Below are positions 1 to 10,559 of a DNA stretch of 64,000 nt, one piece after another; within the stretch, counting starts at the first letter, position 1; every line of letters starts with the position of its first letter. This DNA is from Octopus sinensis (lineage: Eukaryota). The DNA lies in NCBI RefSeq assembly GCF_006345805.1, contig NC_043020.1, positions 1,674,001-1,738,000 of the forward strand, in the 5' to 3' direction. The notes beneath the pieces are model-generated. The model saw nothing but the letters and a program-made list of their open reading frames with translations. It made no database searches and was not told where the DNA came from. A program made the position numbers and the translations under genes.

Positions 1-652
1 TTGTCCGTCTGTCTGTCTTTCTGTCGGTCTGTCTATATGTATGCATGTATGTATATTAAACCAAAACGAAACAAAAGCCACCTGTTAACAAAACGAGGTA
101 AGTTCACGACCGAGATTGTTTGAGGCTTAGACAAATAGAAAGATTAGTAATTATGACGTTTCGGAGATTGTCCTTTTTCAGAGTAACTTGTAGAGCGGAA
201 AGAAGGTATTAGAAATGAGGAATAGCCGAGCAATCGGAGCAAAAGTACCATCCTCGTACATATATGCACACAGCAACCACATTAACCGCAAATCATATTC
301 TGCTGTCTTCATAAAGAAAACACATTAGAAAGCACATAAGCAGAAAAAGTAGTTCTAAATACAAGGACTGCATTTCCAGTAAAACACTGGTTCAGTCTGG
401 TACTGTGCTTAATATTATCAACTTTACCCCTTCCTTGTGCTGAACCCACCGAACTTTGTGGTCGAAGTTTATAATCGTTCACTCAACCTGAGAATTATTA
501 ATTAACAAAAATGTTATAATTAAAAATCTATTATAATTTTATACAAGAATTATTAATAATAAAAAAACGAATAGATCTGTTGTTTCGCCTTTATAATTTT
601 ACAGACATATCGATCCCTTATTTATCTCCTTTGTTCATTTTTCTCCTTTCAG

Positions 653-746
653 TTATGTACTGCAAGAACCTGAAGACAAGATGTTCGGTGTTTATGATAA
701 TGCAACACATAACTGGACTGGAGTTATAGGAATGGCATACAACAAC
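653..746 (+). CDS. iGluR/IR exon (S1)
   Basis: ttcag|T TAT GTA... YVLQEPEDKMFGVYDNATHNWTGVIGMAYNN |gtaagt. Confidence 0.88.
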
Positions 747-2412
747 GTAAGTTCCTTAGAATGCTATCTTCATTGTTGTTGCTTTTCAAACCACGAGCAG
801 CACTGATCGATCTGGTCTATAATTAGTGGCGAACCACTCATATACCTTACAATTTTTTTTGCGTGTGTATCAAAGACAACATTGTTAATTATATCTACTT
901 GGAGTATCAAACACAACATAGTTTAACCCTTTCGTATTCAGATTATTTTGTCAAATGTAATGTTTTTTCATTGACATCTATATATATAAAACTGTAGTTG
1001 TGTGAGTGTCTGTCCCCTTCGATTTAGATTCCTAACTACTCCCACATTTTGCGGTGCAGTTTAACCAAATTCGGGTATCTTATAGTCGTGATTAATATCG
1101 AGCCCGTCTGGCTATTAGCGCGCGTCAACGATGAGTCTACGATTTTAAAAATAATTTAACATCATTTTTTATTCCATTTTAATGCATAATTTTTCGTGTG
1201 TCGATGGCGGCGGAGTTGGCGTCCACGCTCACAGCTGCACCTGTGTTGCTTCTCCCCATTCTTCCCTCCCCCGTGAAGCTGTGGGGAAGGGAGTGTAAGG
1301 AAATCAACGTCGTAAAGCGTTGTCAAGGAGACCAGCGTTCTTTTAGAACAACGACTTCATGGCTTGAAGACACCAAAACAGAAATGGCTAAGAAAGCCCG
1401 AATTGGCATCTATAAGGGAAGTAACTCTCTAAAAATGCTTATATAGTTATTTCCCTTACAAACCCGAGCAATGCCGGGCGATACTGCTAGTTGTTTATAA
1501 TTAATCATGCTTTATTTTGTAGCTATAAAGTTTTCATGATGAGATTGTATATTTCTTGAATGGCATTGAAGGGTAGGTGTGATAGGTTGGATCTGACTAG
1601 TTAGAGCATAAAACAGGAAGCATATTTGGGCCGGATATGGCCTGTTTAAATACTAAAGGGTTAATATCTTTACCTTTTAATTCAAGATAGAATGGTGTGA
1701 TTTAAAGGGATCTGGTTGGCGTTTTTAGCAGAATCAACGACTAAATAGACGCTCTGGTGTAAGATGTATACCGCACAAAATATCTTACAGTGATTAGCTA
1801 AGTGAGTTTTCACTCTGAGATCACATCATCATCTCGTGTCTGGGTCAAGTTTGATTTTCATCCCTCTCGACTAGATAAAAGGAGGGTCAATGAAACCAAC
1901 ATAAATGAAAATAATCCCCTCGAAAGAAGTTTATTTTAGAAATATTTTACATTTATCAAGTCATCCCATAAGTAATGTCCAGACTTCTTCATTTGAAATT
2001 TGTAAATGCTTTAACAGTATTTTAGAATATCTAATAGCATTAAGTAATATTTATATGTATTTGGACATATTTAAACTAGTTAAATTTCACTTTGCAGGAT
2101 AATCTAATTGAAGCTTCACTAATTATAGCTCTTCAAACATGAAAGAGTCTAAGGAGCATTTGAGGCACATAATGCTTAAGCGACTCGAAATATTCACTTA
2201 GCTTATGAAGATGGGTGCCTAAATGAAAGAACTTGCTGAAGATAGTTTGTAAAATTCAGAAGTGGAGATTTCAGCCTTGAAGATGATGAGGCCCAAACAG
2301 AACGTCCAATTGAGTTTGATGACAAAGTCTTTTCGCAGAACTGATACTTATGTCATCGACCCCGAAAGGCAGAGTCGATTCCGAACGTAAAAACAGACGA
2401 AATGTCACAGCC

Positions 2413-2460
<48 letters not shown>

Positions 2461-3184
2461 GTGATTTCATTTAATTGCTACAAGAGCGAAGGATGAGGTG
2501 GGGTGGGGGGCAATACAAAGACAGACATAAAGTGTTGGGGGTTTACATATAATGAAATGATAACAAAAAAAGTAAGTACACACTGAAAAAGAAGGGACGT
2601 ATGCATAGCATACAAAGGTTAAGAAAAGAAAGTCCCGTGCCCTATATTCATCTTTTTTTTCTTCTCCTTCCTCTCCAGGAGGTCGATCTCGGAATCGGAC
2701 CTATTACACTGACAGCCCATCGTTTTGAATACATTGACTTCACGCATCCGTTCTCTGAAGACGGAATTGGCATCGCCTACAGACTGGAAGATGACCGTGT
2801 CTCCATGGACATGATATTTCGACCATTTCAATTGTGGGTTTGGATACTAACGCCTGGTGCCATATTTTTTGTCGGTATCTTCCTGACAGTAATAAACAAG
2901 ATCAGCGCCATATTCAGATCTACCAAAGCGTGCGAAGAATTAAACTGTTCCTACTACGAGAATTGCTGGTACACGTTGGGAACAGCCCTCATGCAAGGTA
3001 AAAACGTCGAAGTCACCCGATTTAATTTCACGATTTTTGTAACACCTGCCTTCGTGAGCAGCCATTTAGTGGTGATAGTGGTTATTCGCTTCATGTGTGT
3101 ATTTCTGTATGTATGTTTGATTTATATGCGCGCATATGCATATGTAAATATATATACATATATATATATATATATAATATATAT

Positions 3185-3237
<53 letters not shown>

Positions 3238-3423
3238 GAGCAGGAGTGGCTGTGTGGCAAGTAGCTTGCTTACCAACCACATGATTCTGGGTTCAGTCCC
3301 ACTGCGTGGCACATTGGGCAAGTGTCTTCTAATATAGCCTCGGGCCGACCAAAACCTTGTGAGTGGATTTGGTAGACAGAAACTGAAAGAAGCCCGTCGT
3401 ATATATGCATATATATATATATA

Positions 3424-3477
<54 letters not shown>

Positions 3478-4131
3478 TTGTGTGTCTGTGTTTGTTCCCC
3501 CCCCCCCAATATCGCTTGACAACCGATGCTGGTGTGTTTATATCCCCGTAACTTAGCGGTTCGGCAAAAGACACCAATAGAATAAGTACTAGACTTACAA
3601 AGAATAAGTCCTTGGGTCTAGTTGCTCGACTAAAGGCGGTGCTCCAAGCCAGGTCCTGTTGTCTCCCTTGTCATCCACTTCTCCAACCACTTCCTTCCTT
3701 CCGGTCAATTCAACATATGCATCCATTAATCCAGCTATGTTCTTTTTTCCTCTACAGATATTTTCTCTCCTCATTTCATTGTGTAGAAGAGCGTAGGCTC
3801 GAAACGTCAAGGAGTTCCTCTATTTTTTCCTGAGCGTCAAACTAATACAACCTATTTGTTGTTACCTCAACCGTCTCTGTCTTTCGTTTTTCTACCATTT
3901 TGAACCAATATATATGTACAAATATTTAACATGTTACATGCATAAAATTGTAGCCTTGCAAGGGAACCACCTTGAAGATTTTTTTTTTTTAGATGTATGA
4001 CTCGATCCAGTACATATTTCCTAACCATGATACTTATTATATCTGTGTCTTTCGTCGAACCGCTAAGTTACATATCGCGCTTGTTCCACTTCTAATTACT
4101 TTTAAAATGAAGTCCTATCATTTCGAGCCAC

Positions 4132-4167
<36 letters not shown>

Positions 4168-4881
4168 CGTTTGTGTGTGCGTTTGTGTGTGTGTCTGTAC
4201 ATGTGCGTGTGTATTAATATATACAAATTTCCGATTCACATATATATATATATCGATATACAATCTACCTGCAGGTCAAAACAACGAACCAAAGAACGTA
4301 TCTGGTCGAATCGTGATCATCTTCTGGTGGCTATTTGTCATCCTGTTGACCACCTACTACACAGCCTTCTTAGCTGCTATTCTTACCGTCAAAGTCTCCA
4401 AATTATCCATCACAAGTCTAGAAGATTTAGCACATCATCCTTCTATAAAGCCCATAACGCTCTCCGGATCAACGTGGTGGTCATATTTTTTGGTCAGTCG
4501 TGATTTGCTACAGCTTGTGTGATTCTCGTCTCCAATTTGCTTTTATTCATGTGTTTGTTGTACCTATTTTGTTTATGATATTTAGGATTGTATTTGGGTT
4601 TTTTTGTGAATATTATGTTATTTAATCAATGGATGCTTATACAGTGAAGTCTGCCGTAACATTCCATATACAAATGAAGGCGCTGGCGTGGCTGTGTGGC
4701 ACGAAACTTGCTTCCCAGTCACATGTTCAGTCCCACTGCTTGGCAACTTGGTCGAGTGTCTCCTACTACAGCCCCGGGCCGACCAAAGGCTTGCAGGTGG
4801 ATTTGGCAGACAGATAGATTCTTGCTCGATGGGAGAATATTAAAATGATCCCATCTCAATTTAAGTAGCTAATAAAGATTA

Positions 4882-4927
<46 letters not shown>

Positions 4928-5140
4928 AAGACTTGAGAGATAGACAAATTAAATAACATAAGTATTGACCCACGGTCTAGAGAAACTGACCACGGTGATT
5001 ATTAGCGGGTGGAATTTACCATGGCGGAATATACCATGGTGGAATTTACCTTTGGTGAAATTTACCCGGTGGAATTTTCCGTGGTGGAATTTACCTAGAG
5101 CCCAAACATATATGTACACAGACAGACAGACACACACACA

Positions 5141-5177
<37 letters not shown>

Positions 5178-5458
5178 TGGATGGCTATTAATAATTTATT
5201 ACAAGGAACAGTTATTATGCTTAGCTTACAACACCCTGTCTGCCATTCCTGATACACAAGCACTACACGCTGGGAAATTCTTTCGAGGAATAAGAAAGTG
5301 CATCTAATACGCCGGCAAATTCTCACTCTCTCTCTCTCTCTTTTCTCTCTCTCTCTCTGCATGCATGCATACATACATACATACAGACAGACAGACAGAC
5401 ACACACATGCATACATACATACACACATACATACATACATACATACAGACAGGCAGAC

Positions 5459-5489
<31 letters not shown>

Positions 5490-6761
5490 GACACACACAC
5501 ATACATACACAGACACAAACATACATACACAGACACAAACATGCATACATACACAGACACACACACATACATACATACATACATACATACATACATACAT
5601 ACATACATACATACATACATACATACATACATACATACATGCATGCATACATACGCCCTGATGCAGTACCAGGCAGTGGCTCTCGTAGCTTCTGATCTTA
5701 ACTGATTGGAAGTGTTATCATGTACATTGTTTTGTCTTGGTATAAAAGATGGGCTACAGCAAATATTCTGCTCAATACCACAGATTTGCTTGTCAGTTGT
5801 TTGACTTTAACCAGCTGAGCATGTCCCTTAGTTGCTGACGATATGTACAACTCTGATCACGAGCAGAAGTAGTGGGGGAGCATCATAGTCATGTGTTGAG
5901 AGGGATTCTTTGGGGTTTGGAAAATTCACCTTTGGAAACATGGGTGTTTTGTTCAGCATCCTTAAACAATCCTTATTTAAGGACCTTCTCAAGGCTCCTG
6001 ATCTTAACTGACTGGCAGTGTTATCATGTATATTGCTTTGTCTTAGTATTTTTGGTATTTTGGTATTTTATAATTTGTCTTAACAGAAATCACGGAATCC
6101 ATCGTATCGGACGATTGGTCGAGAGATCCGCAGGAGTCCGAATGTCACAGATACTGCCAGGATAATGGAAATGGTGTTGACCGAAAACTTTGCTTATGTC
6201 ATGGACAGCTCAGTGGTGAGGTATTTCGCTGCAAAGGACAAGAAGGCCTATGCATTCGTCGAAGAGAAAGGTTACAGGCAGAGCCTAGGGTTCATCACGC
6301 CAAAACACTCAGCAATTCGAGAAATGCTTTCTTTCAAGTAGGTAACACACATTTCGAATTAAAATACTTTCTTATTTTGTTTTTTAAATTTTTGTGAAGG
6401 CGAAGACGTTATTGCGTGGTTAAGAGGTTCGTTTCACAAATATGTTGTTGGGAGTTCGATCCCGTAGCAGATGACTCTGAGGCTGATGTTTTTTCATGTA
6501 TTAGTGGCTTTTTAAGGATAGTGGTTTCCGTGTGATATCCTGCAGGACGAAAACCAAATTCTGCCAGAGTTCATATGACCTCGGTAGTGCGAATGGCCGT
6601 CCAATAGCTGCGAGTGAGAGATATTCTTTTATTCCTTTATTCGTTTCAGTCATTTTGACTGTGGCCATGCTGGAGCACCTCCTTTAGTCGAGCAAATCGA
6701 CCCCAAAGCCTTGTGACTGGATCTGGTAGACGGAAACTGAAAGAAGCTCGTCGTATATATG

Positions 6762-6815
<54 letters not shown>

Positions 6816-7615
6816 TGTGTGTATACGTTAGTGTGTCTGTATTTGTTCCCCAACATCGCTTGACAACTCAATGCTGGTGTGTTACGTGCCCGTAACTTAG
6901 CGGTTCGGCAAAATAGGCCGACAAATAAGTAATAGGCTTACAAAGAATAATTCCTGGGCTCGATTTGCTTGACTAAAGGCAGTGCTCCAGCATAGCCACA
7001 GTCAAATGACTGAAACAAATGAAAGAATAAAAGAGTAATTATTAATTTCCCTGTACGGCTGTATGCTCGCAGCCACTAACGTTATTATTTTGGGAAATAA
7101 TATCGTTCTCTTACACACACACACACATATATATATGCACACGCACGAGAGAAAGAGAGGGAGAGAGGGAGACAGACATACATACAGAGAAAGAGAGAAA
7201 TAAATTTACATAGACCATAAAAAATACAGAATACTAAGGGGAAAATACACAGACAACCGCCTGAAGATAAGACCTCTCACTATTTTATGTTTATTTTTTG
7301 TTACTCTGTTTCAGTATCATTAAATTTCAAGAGCTGGGTCTAATTGAAAAATGGCGAAGGCAATGGTGTAACTGTACCAAGCAACTTTTGTTGCGAAAAT
7401 CTGTTGAAACTAAAGCTTTGGCCTTGGAGGACCTAGGTGGCGCTTTCACGGTAGCCGGTGGTACGGCATTGGCTAGTATTGTTTTGGCATTCATGGAAAA
7501 AGTTATAAGCAAATACAGAAAAAGCAAAGTCCTTGAAACGCCCATAGAAGAAAGAAATGAGCAGAAAGACTTAGAACAATCTTCTATAAGACTAAAACTG
7601 TTCCGTAGACGTTGA
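653..7615 (+). CDS. Ionotropic glutamate receptor / variant IR-like gene, 3' part (5 exons; 5' end lies outside the window)
   Basis: Exons 653-746, 2679-2997, 4275-4492, 6087-6337 and 7315-7615 join in frame at AG/GT sites (393 aa to the TGA). S1: EPEDKMFGVYDNATHNWTGVIGM and EVDLGIGPITLTAHRFEYIDFTHPF. M1: FRPFQLWVW. P-loop: WYTLGTALMQG. M3: WWLFVILLTTYYTAFLAAILT. S2: GSTWWSYF, FAYVMDSS, FQELGLIEKWRRQWC. M4: LALEDLGGAFTV. AATAAA lies ~60 nt after the stop. Confidence 0.92.
927..1660. mobile_element. TTAA-flanked (piggyBac-type) MITE interrupted by a Helitron
   Basis: TTAA|CCCTTTCGTATT ... AATACTAAAGGG|TTAA. A related uninterrupted ~220-bp copy lies at ~14852-15070. Confidence 0.65.
977..1490 (+). 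mobile_element. Non-autonomous Helitron
   Basis: Starts A|TCTATATATATAAA and ends with hairpin CCCGAGCAATGCCGGG (1463-1478) then CTAG|T. Inserted between A and T with no TSD. Confidence 0.78.
2139..2335 (+). pseudogene. Mariner transposase N-terminal remnant
   Basis: MKESKEHLRHIML ... AYEDGCLNERTC*R*FVKFRSGDFSLEDDEAQTERPIEFDDK resembles the mariner HTH region; it carries stops and a deletion. Confidence 0.7.
2679..2997 (+). CDS. iGluR/IR exon (S1-M1-pore)
   Basis: tccag|GAG; EVDLGIGPITL...WYTLGTALMQ G|gtaaaa. Confidence 0.92.
3241..3650 (+). mobile_element. SINE family B (tRNA-like head GGAGTGGCTGTGTGGTAAG, internal (TA)n(TG)n, 3' body)
   Basis: A-box/B-box-like head followed by GGCAC(C/A)TTGGGCAAGTG. 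Near full-length copies also at 24310-24729 (+), 49790-50205 (-), 53515-53900 (-) and 61262-61680 (+). Partial copies at ~4680, 6635-7035, 9390, 12140, 15225, 19030, 36765, 42300, 42815 and 58688. Confidence 0.85.
4275..4492 (+). CDS. iGluR/IR exon (M3-S2)
   Basis: tgcag|GT; QNNEPKNVSGRIV...GSTWWSYFL |gtcagt. Confidence 0.92.
6087..6337 (+). CDS. iGluR/IR exon (S2)
   Basis: aacag|AAA; KSRNPSYRTIG...ENFAYVMDSSVVRY...REMLSF AA|gtaggt. Not in the ORF track (no ATG start). Confidence 0.88.
7315..7615 (+). CDS. iGluR/IR last exon (S2-M4-C tail)
   Basis: ttcag|T; IIKFQELGLIEKWRRQWCNC...LEDLGGAFTVAGG...FRRR*. Confidence 0.92.
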
Positions 7616-8100
7616 AGTATTTTTTAGAATTTTAGAACTTGAATGAAATGTATTTGTTAAAAGTTTTATTAAAAAAATAAACAATCTTTTTCTTTTTTTT
7701 TCAGAAATTGTTCCATTTCTTTTTTTTTTTAGTGTTTATTTAAAATGTAGCTTTCCGTTTTTTTCCTCCATTGTCTATCAATTTACACAGGTTAACAAAA
7801 AAAATTTTTTTTTTCTGTTGTCAAAAACTTGGACCGAAACTACGTTTTGTTTTTTGTTTTTTTTGGCACTCAGAATCGGAAAATGACATCCATTTATTTC
7901 CATCACGTCAAGATTTTAAGATACTGGATCCATAAAATTTCATTGTTTTTCAATGAAACACCTTTGAAGAACAAAGCAGAACATACAAACTTACTTAGAA
8001 ATTGGTTTTTTCTTCAAAACCAGAACGTTTCCGTAGAATTCTAGTAAAGAACTAATAAAAAGCTGGAAATTCCTACTGACAAATTGCATCAATATTTATA

Positions 8101-8224
8101 CAGTAATGCCTCGGGATACGAGTTAATTCGATCCCACAGAAGGCTCGTAAACAAAATAAATCTCGTAAAAGCTCGTAAACTCGGTGTCTCGTAAAGCGGG
8201 TCCTCGTAACGTGCGGTATTACTG
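8101..8224. mobile_element. Tigger/pogo-type MITE, 124 bp
   Basis: TA|CAGTAATGCCTCGGGATACGAG ... CTCGTAACGTGCGGTATTACTG|TA: imperfect TIRs, TA TSD, internal CTCGTAA repeated five times. Confidence 0.75.
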
Positions 8225-8228
8225 TATT

Positions 8229-8466
8229 AAGGCGGCGAGCTGGCAGAAACTTTCGCACGCCGGACGAAATGCTTAGCAGTATTTCGTCTGCTGCTACGTT
8301 CTGAGTTCGAATTCCGCCGAGGTCGACTTTGCCTTTCATCTTTTCGGGGTCGATTAAATAAGTACCAGTTAAGCACTGAGGTCGATATAATCGACTTGAT
8401 CCTTTTGTCTGTACTTGTTTGTTCCCTCTGTGTTTAGCCCCTTGTGGGTAGTAAAGAAATAGGTAT
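8229..8466 (+). mobile_element. SINE family A (tRNA-like head GGCGGCGAGCTGGCAGAA; core GCCTTTCATCCTTTCGGGGTCGATAAA...GTACC, resembling the Nin/Deu-type SINE core)
   Basis: More than 20 whole or partial copies in the window (e.g. 17905-18055 -, 23260-23435 -, 35797-36010 +, 39361-40140 +, 48900-49325 -). This copy is flanked by duplicated (GGTATT)ACTGTAT. Confidence 0.85.
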
Positions 8467-8499
8467 TACTGTATCTAATTTGCGATAAGTTTGCGTTTG

Positions 8500-9125
8500 G
8501 ATGATTCTCTTGAGTGCTGAACCTAAAGAAAATCCCATAGCAAGTTCCAGTTACAGTCCGCCTTCATGGAAAAGTCCCATCTGTCTCGATATTTTTATGT
8601 CTTGGTGGAAACATTCTTCCCGCTCGTCGCTTGTGCCACCAAAATTTTCAGGGAATTTATCAAGGTGACTGTGGAGAGAGTACAGCTTTATGCTCATATT
8701 TGCTCTCTATTTTTGAAAGTTCTCCAGCATGTTGTTGACTACTTCGGTGTACTTGTCTGCTATCTTGTGACCCAGAAAGTCATTTACGACTACTACAAAT
8801 GAATTCCATGCTGCTGCCTCAATGCAGTCCAATAAATTTACAGAGTTCCCAATTTTCATGAATTTTCTGATTTGAGGCCCATCAAATAGTCCAGCTTTTA
8901 TCTTTGCATTACCCGGACCAAGAAATGTGCTACAGATATAAGGAAAACACGATTCAGTTTATCCAAAACTTGAACAAACTGCTTCACAAGGTCGAGTTTC
9001 ATATGGAGTAGAGGTAGGGAGAATTTTCCCCAGTTTAACTAAGGGCTCTTCAAGACATTAAAAGACTCCCGAACTAATATTCGCGGCGGCCATTCTTTGA
9101 TCACCCAATGGCAACAAACCACCAG
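8500..9125 (-). pseudogene. DNA transposase remnant, probably Chapaev3 (CMC) type
   Basis: Minus-strand translation CFPYICSTFLGPGNAKIKAGLFDGPQIRKFMK ... MSIKLYSLHSHLDKFPENFGGTSDEREECFHQDIK ... MKADCNWNL matches the HSHLDxFPENLGxxSDExGERFHQDI...MMADYCW signature. The superfamily assignment is from memory. Confidence 0.7.
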
Positions 9126-9184
9126 TTGAGTGGTCTTTTATCTTACACAAAGATGTATATATATATATAATATATATATATATA

Positions 9185-9224
<40 letters not shown>

Positions 9225-10559
9225 ATTAGAGAAAAACCACTATTATGCAATCCAAACAATAATAGATATAATATATATATATATTTTAGAATATATAACT
9301 AAATCACAACAAATATAAAAATGAATAATCAATTACATATTGATTATTTATTTTTATACTTTTTGTAATCTAGTTATATGTTTTAAAAAATGTGTGTGTG
9401 TGTGTGTGTTTGTGTCTGTGTTTGTCCCCACAACATCCCTTGACAACCGATGCTGGTGTGTTTACGTCCCCGTAACTTTGCGGTTCGGGAAAAAGAGACC
9501 GATAGAATAAGCACTAGGCTTACAAAGAATAAGTCGATTTGCTCGACTAAAGGCGGTGCTCCAGCATGACCACAGTCAAATGACTGAAACAAGTAAAAAA
9601 AAAGTAAAAGTAAGTATAAAAGTATAGAGATGAAGTATTACTTATTTTACAGGACAGAACAAAGTGGATTCCTGACTGAATTTTAAACTTAAGGTAATCT
9701 TATGTTGCTTTATAATTTGCTTTCATCTTTGTCGAATAGGTTTCTTTTTCATTTGACTAATTAGGCACCAAATTTAGTTAACTTAGACCTACATAATAAC
9801 TATAATCCCATCCTCATGCAACTTCACGATTTACTTTCATTCTTGCTTCGATGAATCCCTTTTTTCTATTTCACAAGCGAGGTTCCACTTGAACCCACAT
9901 TATAACTACAATTCAATCCATATGTAACTTTAGAAATTCAAAAATATAAAACCAAAGGAAGGGAAATAATAATGCACTGCACATTTAATTATTTCCCTTA
10001 GTTCCTTTATTTCAGGGAAAAACCAATGAAAGAAATACAATAAAAGTTGATATTTAAAAATGTGGCAACCTCCGGATATGAGGAGTGCCGGATTTTTTAC
10101 GGTTATATATGGTGTATATATTTAACGGAAATTTACTACCTGTACAGTCCTTTAAAAAAAGAAACTTAAACACTAAATGAAAAGCAAATGAACTTGTAAT
10201 GTTCATTAAATACAATAGTTCTACTGAATTTTAATTCAATTAAATAAAATCGATCCTCAGATTTTTAATTTTAAAAAAATCCTCAAAATTTTAATTCATC
10301 TAAATAAAATAGTTCCTTAGAATTTTAATCATTACTGAACCCTCGAAAAAAGGTAAATAGCAGATGGGCTGCCAGGATCATCATCTTCAACACTGACATT
10401 GAAAACCTCCTCAGCAACAGGAACAACTTCAACCTGTGGAGGAAATGTTGATGCTGGTGACTGCACATCTGATTAACTTGAAGTTTTATGGCAGTGGATT
10501 ATCAAGTGCGGACACCGCTGCTGCTTCTTCCTGCTTCCTAGTTATTTTCTTGAATATAT

